Shown: piece after piece, positions 51,905 through 64,000 of the stretch | Numbering within the stretch: the first letter of the stretch is position 1 | Layout of the letters: each line of letters starts with the position of its first letter | Made by a program: the position numbers and the translations under genes | DNA from: the human T2T-CHM13v2.0 reference genome, Homo sapiens | DNA: 64,000 nt | Assembly (NCBI RefSeq): GCF_009914755.1 | Contig: NC_060934.1 | Direction: 5' to 3' (one strand) | The notes under the pieces: model-generated | What the model was told of the DNA's origin: nothing | Databases searched by the model: none | The model's input: the letters and a program-made list of their open reading frames with translations, nothing else

Positions 51905-53021
51905 TTTTCCTACCTTTCAAGTTTTTCTTTTTTTAATTAAAAAAAAGTATGTAATCTGGCTTTTCTCCCAGCCCCCTCCCACTGGTTAGCAGGAAAATTA
52001 ACTACACATCCAATCCGGTTTAAAGCTTAGTCTAATCTGATGATTTAAGCAGCCCCTTGAGATGATGTTCTTGCTTCCTAGAATAAAAATGTGCAGCTTC
52101 TCAGATAGAATCCTTCCCTGCTTTTCTCCCCAGGCCAGTATGGGGGCTGGGAAGAGTACATGGCTCATATGCAGGCATGGTGCTGGGGAGTGTGGGGGTT
52201 CCCTTGGCCCCAGGCAGCACTAACTTGGCATCACCTGCTCCCCATGATGACTGAGGCCATCACAGGAGGATGCCCCTGCCCTGGCCACCACTTCTGTGCC
52301 ATCCATATTTCCTCACTCCAGGGGAGGCAGTAGAGCATCATTCTGAGAACTGACCAGAGCCAGGCCTCCTGGGTTCATTGCTGAGTGACTTTGAGCTAGT
52401 TCCTCAGCCTCTCTGATGTCAGCTTCCTTATCTGTATACATGGGATAGGTATGAATACCTGTCTTACAGAACCGGTGTAACAATCAAACACACTGGCATA
52501 CAGAAAATGCCTAGAAGAGTGCTAGAAAAGTATGCATTAAACACTGTTTGAGTGTTTGCTATGGCGACGATGATGATGAAGATGACGACGATGATTTTCT
52601 TTCCTTCTTCCCTTTGCCCCCAAACCTCCTGCTAAGTTTTGGGGAAAGGAAGCTCAGTGGGTGGCTGCTCTGTTTAAACACTAGACAAAGCCAGCAGGAG
52701 CTCAGCCCTGTGGCAGGAAGAGCAGGGGTTTGCCTTGAACATCCTGGTGTCCTCGTGTCCTTGAACCTCACCGCAAGGTGAAAAGCAGCAGAACCCACTG
52801 AGCGCTGGCCCTGAGCCAGGCACTGCCGCTTGCACCCCACACTGCTCACCTCTTCAGCCTCACCCCCCTGTGAGTTGAATCAACTCTCCCCATTGTACAA
52901 GTTCAAAAGCTGAAACCAGAGCAACTGAGTCCCTTACCCAAGGCCACACAGCTAGGGAGCCGGGAAGGCAGGATTCGAGTGCAGGCCTCTTGACTGCAGA
53001 GTGAACAGTCCTAACTGCTAA

Positions 53022-53363
<342 letters not shown>

Positions 53364-53454
53364 TGACCAGGTTCATCCACCCAGGAGTCATGGGAGGGAG
53401 CCAGAGATGAGCATGTGGTGGCCTTTTCTGAAAAGGAAATGGCATGGGTGCTGA

Positions 53455-53965
53455 TTGTGTTTCAGTCATCTAGTGTTGTAGAACAACAACGGTCATTTCT
53501 ACTACTCACAAATTTGCAGCTTGGACAGGAGTTTGCAGGTGTAGCTCTTCTCTTCTCCCCATGGCATCAGCCAGCATAGCTCGACGGGGAGCGGAGGATC
53601 CAGTTCCAGGTGGCACGCCCTCCTGGCTGGCGTGTTGATAGTGGCTGCTGGCTGGAAGCTTAGCCAGGGCTGGGCTGGGGCCAGGGACTTCCGTTCCTCT
53701 CTATGTGGACCTCAAATGGCAACTTTGACTTCCTCATGGCATGGTGTCTGGGTTGCAAAAGCCGGCATTTCAGGAGATCCAGGCAGAAGCTTTATTTCTG
53801 ATTTAGCAAAAGAAGCCACATAGGGTCAGTTCTGCCATAGCCATAAGCTCACCCAGACTCAAGACAGATGGACCCACCTCTGGGAGAGTATGAAAGTCTC
53901 CCACCGTGACTGTGAGAAGGTAGGCAGGAGGGGAGACAGAGTCGCAGCTATTTTTGGATAACATG
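53455..53965 (-). mobile_element. MaLR LTR (MLT1-like)
   Basis: ttcctcatggcatggtgtctggg...ccaggcagaagct...gtcagttctgccata...gtcgcagctatttttgg pattern. Confidence 0.55.
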
Positions 53966-53995
53966 GTCTGCCTACAAAAGGCAATTCCTGAAACC

Positions 53996-54110
53996 AGCCT
54001 TCCTCCCTTTCCTTCCCTCCTTCTCCTATTCCTCTTCTATTTTTCCTTTTCGTTATCTTTCTTCCCCTTCTTGTCTCCTTTCCTTCCTTCTGTCTTTTCT
54101 TCCTTTCTGA
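53996..54110 (+). repeat. CT-rich polypyrimidine low-complexity tract
   Basis: Read directly. Confidence 0.85.
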
Positions 54111-57100
54111 TTTTATAGAGGACCTGCTATGTCCTGGGGATGCAAAGATGAACAAGCACCAGTCCCCTCGGAGCTGATGGCTCAGTGAATAAACTCTCAC
54201 CCCCAGCACCCCCAAGCTTTGGTATCCCGTGGGTATGCCTGTGCACGACGTGGGCCGACCCCTCTAGCTGATGTTTGATGCTGATGTTGATGAGCCTGTT
54301 CCGGAGGCCTTGGCACTTTTGTTCTCTAAGCTGGAGACACACACATCTCTCACCCAGATGACCCAGCCAGGTAAAAAGGAGCGGGTCAGGAACCATTGGT
54401 GCTTTGCCAGGAGGCCACAGTCCCTGGGAGCAAGACTGGAGGTTCTGCTGCTGTGTCTGCCCTTCCACATGCCCCTGTTATGCAGAGGAGAGCTCTAAAC
54501 ATTTGCCCACTGACAGCAATTTCACAAGGAACCTGTGCTGTGCCCCTTAGTTAATAATGCCAGGAAGCATGTGGCCAGGATGACAATACTTTGACAAGGG
54601 TATGTCCCTTCCCCACTCGAGCCAGTGCCAGACATCACTGGTGGATCTCTATCTTTCATCCTGAGCTTCTAAATCCTTCTCAGCGCAGCACTTGAGGCAG
54701 TTACTCTCAGCAGATCAGAGTCTAGATGTGAGCTTCAATCTGTTTGCCATTTCTGAGATCAGATTAGGCTTCTGGCTGTATCCTGGGAAACACTTGGGCC
54801 TAAGATAAAATAAAAATGGACTTGTTGCTAAGTTTCCTGGGTGCAGGCAACATGCATCAGCGATGCTTTCAAACGGGCATTTCTGGACTGAAGGCAGTGG
54901 CCACTGGACATGGGATTTAATTCCTTCTGTCACCGCCATCTCAGAAGGAGGCTCTTATCCCCTTAGTTCCTTCCATCCTTGCTGGCAGGCTCTCCAGGAG
55001 CCAGTGACCAAACTCACCATTTACATTGGCAAGCGGTCCTTGGGTTCATCTGTCCACCTGTGATCTTCTAGGGATGGGGAGTCTCCTATGGATTTTTCAG
55101 AAAGTCCGTTCAGAAAAGTGGGGAAGTTTAGTACTTCTACGCCAGTATTAATGACCCTGAGTCTAAACCGTGGTCACCACTGTATTGGGCCCTCGTGGGT
55201 GCCCAACACCCTGGAAAATCAAGGTGTCCCAGTCTTCCAGAGGCCACAAGACCACCTCGCCAGCCCCACTTGCTTTTTTCCAGCACAGCCCATCTGTGAA
55301 TTCCGCACGCGTTGGCATCTGAGGAACAATTCATTTGTTTTGCGCTGGTGTTTTTTTAAACCCCTCATTTGCATGTATTTCCATAACTGATGAGATAAAA
55401 GTGGAGAGTCATGAAGGATGAGCTCCCGGAGGCCTGGTTTGTTGTTGATGATAATATTGTAAATTCTCTACAAGTTGGAAAGAGAGAGAGGAAAATCAGT
55501 AGGCAGTGATGTTAAGATCTCCTCCTTGGGGCAGCTGGGGAGTGTCTTACTGAGTTTAACCCCAGTTCTTGCAAAATGTCTAGGTGGGGATTACAGCTTC
55601 TCAGAAGTGGGCATCCTCTTGGCAAAGGGTTTACCCGTTGTTGCTGCTTTGATGTGGGAAGCACAGAAATAGCCAAGCACCTAACTGGGAATCAGAAAGG
55701 ATTTGTTTGGTATTTGGCACTTCTCTGCACCAGGCAGGCTTCTGAGTGCTTCACGTGTAATAATCCTTTTAATCTTCATCACAGCCCTACGAGGTGGGTA
55801 TTATTAACACCCCCATTGTATAGATGAGGATACAGAGGCACAGTGAGGTTAAGGGACTTGCTGAAGGTCACACAACTAGAAGAAGTAGAGCCAGGTTTGG
55901 ACTCGGATGTTTTGATTCTGGAGTCTGAGTTCCTAATTACAGTGCTAATTTTTATACCTTTGCCCTCCCTCAAGTACTACCCAGGCTAATAGAACTTATG
56001 GTGGAGAGGCTGGGGAAAGGATCCTCCGTCAGACCAAGGGCTATTCTCTGTAGAGCCATAGAGGCCACAGGCAGAGCATGGGGAGCCGTGATGGTGCGCA
56101 CGGTGGACGGGGCCTGACTGTCCCCCTTCCCCTCTGCTTCGTGCAATAGTGGGCAGGAAAGTGGTGCTGTGTAAGAGCTGCCTGATGGAGACAGAGGAGG
56201 CCATGCCCACACGGACCCAGCCTTCTTCCCACCTCTTCAGGAATGGACATTCTGATCCTCTGAAGTGGGCAGGTTCATCCTGCCAGTCAACCCAGCTCAT
56301 CCACCAGGCCCTTCCCGCATTGATGGTGATGGTGTTGGCCTTGTTGTCAGTGCTTTTCCACTCATCGTCCTGTTTCCACCTCACTACGGTCACCTGTGAT
56401 GAACAGGACAAGTGTTAGCCCCACTTTCCAGGCAAATAAACACAGGCAGGGAAGAAAGTAAGTGATCAGCCCACGCTGGTGCCAGTGTTCCCAAGCAATG
56501 CTGCACACAGACCTTCTGACTCATGGCCAGCACAGGAAGATGACCCATGGCTGTGAGGGTTCGAAGGAACAGAAAGACATGTCTGCTGCCTCCCAGAAGC
56601 AACAATGCAGTCGTGGCGAGGCAGGGCATAGCGTTTGTTGAAGTCTACTGTGTGCCAGGCCCTTTGTGAACATCTCAGTCAGTCCTCAAAGCAACACACA
56701 GGGCAGGGGTTGTTATTCCCATTCTATAAGCGAGCAAACTGTAAAGTCAGAGAAGCCACGTTACCCCTAGGGTCCCAGCTAGCAAGTAGCAGAGTCCAGG
56801 GTGACACGTCCATCCGCCTGACTCCTAGCCCCGTTGGCACCCGAGTAGGTCGTGTGGCCTCCTCTGTTAGGTAGCAGTGAAAGGTGTGGCAGCCACACGG
56901 TCTCACAGGTAATGTGTGTCAAAGCCATTGGCAAGGAGAACATTCCATGTGGTGGGGTGGTTGCGTGCTTGTGTGTGCATGTAGGTGTATGACTGTGTGT
57001 GTGAGTGTTGTATGTGTTACACATGCATTCACATGTGCATGGTGCCACAGCCGCCTTGGGGTACACAGTAGGTTCTGTGAGCTCATGGGTGGGCAATGGT

Positions 57101-57553
57101 GGGGGTTTATAGCCAGTGAGGACACCCCCAGAAAGGGTGGCCTCTGGGCAGCAGGGGACCCTATGTGAGGACAGTCCCTGAGCCTCCTTCCCAGTTTGGT
57201 TGGTGGGTACTTTGGGCCGGGGGCAGAGAAGAGGAAATCCAGAGGTCTCTGGCACTTCCTGCCCCTAAATCTAAAATTTCAGCCCCCACTAGAAGGGCAA
57301 TAAAGAGAGATGGAGGTTGAGGGTCAGAGGTGAAACAGGAAAGGCAGAGGACTGGTGGTCCCCTGAAGGCCATGTGCCACCTCAGGCAGCAGCCTCTTAC
57401 AAGTCCAGCAGAGGGAGGGGAAAATGACCCCCTTGGAAACTCAGGAAATGCTGGAAATGCTTGGCTGCTGGGCCCTCCCTGTCTCTGAGGCTTCAGGACA
57501 CTGAGAGAGCTTTGGCATTTTTCGCACGGAGGAATTTTTATTTTGGTTTGTGA

Positions 57554-57796
<243 letters not shown>

Positions 57797-58097
57797 TGAA
57801 GGTGCCACTCACTGTCCATGCCTCCTTCCTGTGTATCCAGTTATAGCCATGCTTCTTTTTCTCAGCAGCTTCTATGCTGGCTTCTTTGTCTAGGTGCTAT
57901 GGCTCAAAGCAGTTGTTCAACAAATAGGCTTGGCTGGTGGACGTGAGAGGCTGGCTCTGTGCCACAGTCAAGCAGTTGGAGCCTCAAGTTTAATCATGGT
58001 GAATAATAGTTCACACTGGTGAAACACAACCCCTTATTCCAGCGCTGTGTTCCTGCGAGCTTGATGTGTCCTACCTCATACAATGCTCACACCTCTA

Positions 58098-58402
58098 TCC
58101 AGGCACCGTGGAGCACACCTGTAATCCCAGCACTTTGGGAGGCCAAGGCAGTGGATCGCTTGAGCCCAGGAGTTCAAGACCCATTCTGGGCAACACAGTG
58201 AGACCCTGTCTCTACAAAAAATAAAAAATTAGCTGGGCATGGCCGCATGTGCCTCTAGTCCCAGCTACTCAGGAGGCTGAAGTGGGAGGATCACTTGAGC
58301 CCAGGAGTTGGAGGCTGCAGTGAGCTGACTGCACTACTGCAATTCCAGCCTGGGTGACGGCAAGACCCTGTCTCTCTGAAAATGAACAAACAAACAAAAA
58401 AC
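58098..58402 (+). mobile_element. Alu (AluJ-like)
   Basis: Sense dimeric Alu with (AAAC)n tail. Confidence 0.9.
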
Positions 58403-58504
58403 AAACTCACACTCCCCTGTTCCTCTTAGAGTACAGTACTATTATTATTTTTTATTATTCCCATGCACAGATTAGAAAACCAGGGTTCAGAGAGATTAAA
58501 TTGC

Positions 58505-59127
<623 letters not shown>

Positions 59128-60456
59128 TGAATCTCAGAGCCAGTAGGCAGTAGAGCCAGGCAGGATTTTAAGATGACTCCAAACCTGTGCTTGGACAACT
59201 TGCTGCCTTATGGGGCTCCTTTCCACCTCTAGGACCTGTTTTCTTGTCTCGAGTCTTACTCTTGCTTTCTGTCTCCAGTTCCTCCTTTTGCTTTCTTGCT
59301 GCCTGCTGCTTTTTATAAAAACAACGCTTGTCTTTCTCTCGTGTTTTATTCTTTTCAAAGCATTTTCCTATCCACTATCTTATTTGATGTAGGAAAGGCA
59401 GGAGTTATCCCCATTTAACAGGTGAGGAAACTGAGACCAAGAGAAGGCTAAGTGAAGTGCCAGGTGCGTTAGCCAGCAGAGCTGGGGAGAGATCTGCCCC
59501 TGATGCGGCCCTGTTCCACAGGAAGCTATTTTTTGCAGTGGCACAAAGCTAAGCAGTTTATGTGTATATTTTTGTTTATGATTTATGACAATCTGTGCAG
59601 CTGTGATCGTATTTTCTCACTTGAGAGCTGGGGAAACTGAAGCTTTGGAGAGTTCACAAGCATGCCCCAGGTCACTCATCTGGTGAGTCACGGCAGGACT
59701 GGAGCTGTTTCTGGAGTAGCCTCTCCCCACCGGATCATGCTGCATCCCTGGCTCGCAACTGCAAGGGCCTTATCTCATCATTCATTCTCCCTGTCCTCAT
59801 GAGGAGAGTCACTTCGTTAACCCCTAGAACCCCCAGCCTTTCAGCAGAACAGCGATTCCCCCTGGGCTGGTAGTGAGCCACTTTCCCCAGCTATAGGATT
59901 CTTCACCGCTTCAGCAGTCCTCAGGGTTCTGAGGATAGGAGGGGGCTGATCTGCTTGAGCTATGCAGTATCCCAGGCACCTACAGACCCCTGGGCTGCCC
60001 AGTCCTCCCCGCCCCTTCAGGGCTGTCATCAGAAATTGCCTAGCTGTGGCTCCAGGCTGACGTCCCCGTGCTTCCTGTGGCCTGGCTGGCTCTCCATCCC
60101 CCAGCATCCTGTACACTGCCTGGCACCTCAGCGTTGTGCCTTAAATGATTCTCCAGCCACTGAATGAACAGAGGAACAGGAGGGTCGCCCCACTCCTTGT
60201 GTTGTTTGCTCGTGTCCTGTTTCTGGTGCTTTGGGTGGGTCTGTTTCCAGCAGGGTAGCCAACCTTCCTTGCTTGCCTAGAGCCAAAGGAGCTCCCAGGA
60301 CAAGGGACTGTAAGTATTAAAACCAGGACAATTTCAGGCAAACCAGGATGGTTGGTCAGCCTAGCTCCTAGTCTCATTTGGGCAGGCCAGAGTCCCTTCC
60401 AGCTGAGCATGTGAGACAGAGAACACCCAGGACCATGCTATCCTGTAGACGCTTCT

Positions 60457-60765
60457 ATTTCTTTTTCTTTTTCTTTTTTTGTGATGGAGTCTCACTCTGT
60501 CGCCCAGGTTGGAGTGCAGTGGCACAATCACGGCTCACGGCAGCCTTTATCTCCAGGGCTCAAGCGATCCTCAAGTTAGCCTCCCGAGTAGCTGGGACAA
60601 CAGGCATGGGCTGCCACGCCCAGCTAATTTTTGTATTTTTTGTAGAGACAGAGTTTCACCGTGTTGGCCAGGCTGGTCTCAAACTCCTGACCTCAAGTGA
60701 TCCACCCGCCTCAGCCTCCCAAAGTGCTGGGATTGATTACAGGCACGAGCCACTGTGCCTGGACC
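60457..60765 (-). mobile_element. Alu (J/S-type)
   Basis: Antisense dimeric Alu; gcttct(a/g)tttcttt on both flanks. Confidence 0.9.
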
Positions 60766-61681
60766 GAAGCTTCTGTTTCTTTGCTGATTAAAACTAGGGT
60801 CTGGATCTGTGGGCTCATAGACACTTCTCTAAGGATGGGGCTCATGGAGAGAGCTGTGCTCCCAGGTCTGCTTGGACTAAATCTTCCTGAAAAGGCAAGC
60901 TCGCCCGTCCTACATTTGGGAGAGTGAGGTGATGCAGGAAAATTTGGAAGAACTTAGGAGGAAGAGCTGCGACCAGAGGAACTTGGTGGGGAATTTCCTG
61001 AGAGCAGACTTAAGGCAAGGACCTGACAACGCTGAATAGAGGGGAAGTAAGAATATTCCTTTCCGTAGATAGCGATTGTGAAACCAGACAGGGCTTTTGG
61101 CTGAAGCACCCCGTTCACCGTCACTGAAGAGTGATTCTGGATTCTGGGGACGGGCCCTCCCACACACCCACTCACCCACATGGGTGTTATCTGCAGGTCC
61201 TCAGGGTGGGAGGACTGACTGGGGCTTCAAAACTTCTTGGCTGTTTGAAACCTCCATTTTACAGAGGAGGAAGCAGGCCCAGAAAGGGGTGTGCCTGGCC
61301 CAAGATCACACAGGGAGGCAGAGACAAGGCTGAAACCAGAACCAAGTTACTGCTTACACACACACCCCTACACCAACTCCCTCTGTTTGAGCTGCATTAA
61401 TACAGTCAGCCTGTGTCTCCTGGTTTTCAGATACCTGGGACCCAGAGAGGTTGAGTGGCTCAGGCAAGGTCACACAGTAAGGGAAAGTGATCTAAGCTTT
61501 CTTATTGGTCAGAGTGCAGAAGTTGGAAAGATTAATGATATTCAGTGTTGAGGATAAGGAAGACACTTCTATAGGCTGCTTCTCAGTTCTTTCAACAGTT
61601 ATGTGTTGAAGGGCTACTCCGTGCCTGAAGATTTAGCTGGAAACAGTCAAATGTGGTCCTTGCTCCAGGAACCTGTCTTCT

Positions 61682-61969
61682 TCTTCTTTTTTTTTTTTTT
61701 TTTTTTTTTTGAGACGGAATCTTACTCTGTCACCTAGGCTGGAGTGCAGTGATGCGGTCTTGGCTCACTGCAATGTCCATCTCCCGAGTTTAGGCGATTC
61801 TCCTGCCTCAGCCTCCTGAGTAGCTGGGACTACAGTTGCACACCACCATGCCTGGCTAATTTTTGTATTTTTAGTAGAGGTGGGGTTTCACCATTGGGTC
61901 AGGCTGGTCTTGAACTCCTAACCTCAAGTGACCCGCCCGCCTTGGCCTCCCAAAGTGCTGGGATTACAA
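61682..61969 (-). mobile_element. Alu (AluS-type), slightly 5'-truncated
   Basis: TSD gaacctgtcttct (61669-61681 / 61979-61991). Confidence 0.93.
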
Positions 61970-62119
61970 GGATGACAAGAACCTGTCTTCTACCGAAGGA
62001 GACACATGATAAACAAGTAAACCAATGCAATTACTGTAGATTGTGGTTAGTTCTTTTGAAGGAACTAAACAGGTGCCTCTGGTAGAGATGAACAGGGCAA
62101 GTTACTTCAGTTAGGGTGG

Positions 62120-63170
62120 GTAAATGGTGCTGGGCAGAGTTAAACTGGTAGTACCTATTAGGAGAGCAGTTTATCAGTAGCTATCAAAATGTTAAAGGTA
62201 TAAACCTTTTAATCCAGTAATTTCCTCTTCTAGAAATCTGCCCTACCAAAATACTAGTATACATGTGCAAGGATTTATGTGTAGGGATATTCATTGCAAC
62301 ATTGTCTGTAGTAATGAAAAGTCGAGGCAACCTAAGTGTCCATCAGTAGAGGAGCAGTTAAATTGTACATCCATCCGGTGAACCATCATAGAGTAACATA
62401 AGGGAGACATAGGCCACATGTTCCTGTGTAGAAGGATGGCCACAAGATACTGTTCTTTATGCAATTTTATGTATTCATTTATGTTTCACAGTTATGCATG
62501 ATTTAGGCAGTTAGTATAAGGCATTTATATATATTATTTACATATATTGTATTTAGGCATTACACTGTTGCAGAAAGTTTTACAATATGTATGGCTTGAC
62601 CCCACTCTTGCTTAAGAAATGTAACTGTGTGAGTGTTGTTTGTGTGTGCATGGAACAGTATGTACCAGATTGGTTTTTCTGTTTTGTTTTGTTTTGTTTT
62701 GTTTTGTTGAGACAGGGTCTCGCTCTGTTATCCAGGCTGGAGTGTGGTAGTGTGATCATAGCTCACTATATTGAACAACTGGGCTCAAGCAATCCTCCTG
62801 CCTCAGCCTCCCCAGTAGCTGGGACTATGGGCATATACCACCACACCTGGCTAATTTCTTTTATTTTACAATTATTATTATCGTCATTTTTGTAGAGACA
62901 GAGTTTCACTTGGTTGTGCAGGCTGATGTTGAACTCTGGGGCTCAAGCAATCCTTCTGCCTCTATCTCCCAAAGTATTGGGATTATAGGCGTGAGCCATC
63001 ATGCCCGGCCTAGAATGTTAACAGCCAGTACCACTAAGGAGTGAAATCAGAAGTGGGAAGAGGTCAGAGTCCCCTTTCTATTAATACTATATCATTTATT
63101 TTCTGTATTATTTGGGTTTGTTGTATCAAGCTTGCATTCCTTTTATCATTTTAGAAATCTGCATTTTTAA
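62120..63170 (+). mobile_element. Old L1 (L1ME-like) 3' fragment interrupted by an antisense AluJ (62673-63010)
   Basis: aatccagtaatttcctcttctagaaatctgccctac...gatattcattgcaacattg...caacctaagtgtccatcagtag is typical L1 3' end text. The Alu has a (GTTTT)n tail. Confidence 0.75.
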
Positions 63171-63452
63171 TACTATTTTACCTCTACTCTCCTAAAATAT
63201 AACAAAAACAGGTGAGCCAGGACAGGGGCCCAGACTCACCATGCAGTGGTCAGTCCTGGTTTCCTCTGTCCCTGCTCATGGCATGGCCACCGCGCTGGCA
63301 GGCAGGCCAGGGACAACGCAGGCCTTCCCCTGGCCACCCCGTGACAGCATCTGTCATCTCAGGGAACGCTGGAGCTGTGGGCCTACGGGGCTTGGGCTCT
63401 CCATGCTGGGCTGGAAGGTTCTGTTCTGAGTGCCCAACCCTGGCTGTGCTGA

Positions 63453-64000
<548 letters not shown>

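Noticed and set aside
52561-52594. (GAT/GAC)n run read as a poly-Asp coding segment
   Set aside because: It is a simple repeat at the tail of a MIR-like element in intron 3 with no exon context.

Overview
Human genomic DNA that I recognise as chr10q22. The window holds the last coding exon and about 3.6 kb of 3' UTR of UNC5B (netrin receptor, C-terminal death domain, + strand). A roughly 16 kb intergenic stretch follows, then a CpG-island promoter and exons 1-6 of SLC29A3 (ENT3, lysosomal equilibrative nucleoside transporter, + strand). Exon 6 is cut off by the window end in codon 424. All splice junctions were read by hand: they are GT-AG and give one open frame. The rest is ordinary primate repeat content: about 20 Alus, old L1/L2/MIR, MaLR/ERV LTRs, MER5/MER8/MER58 DNA elements and microsatellites. 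I found no convincing new biological system, and nearly all entries in the ORF track are spurious. The points most worth a second look are: (1) the SLC29A3 start codon is split A|TG by intron 1; (2) a U13/SNORD13 retrocopy and a truncated Alu sit at the equivalent site of two MER5 copies; (3) exon-3 skipping frame logic, with a frame-matched candidate cryptic exon and an AG|GTAAGT site; (4) an old tandem duplication of an LTR+MER8 unit; (5) CTCF-like motifs and E-box/CLEAR motifs between the two genes; (6) a coding haplotype F158/I239/V326. Repeat subfamily names and reference-allele comparisons come from memory and need a RepeatMasker or alignment check.
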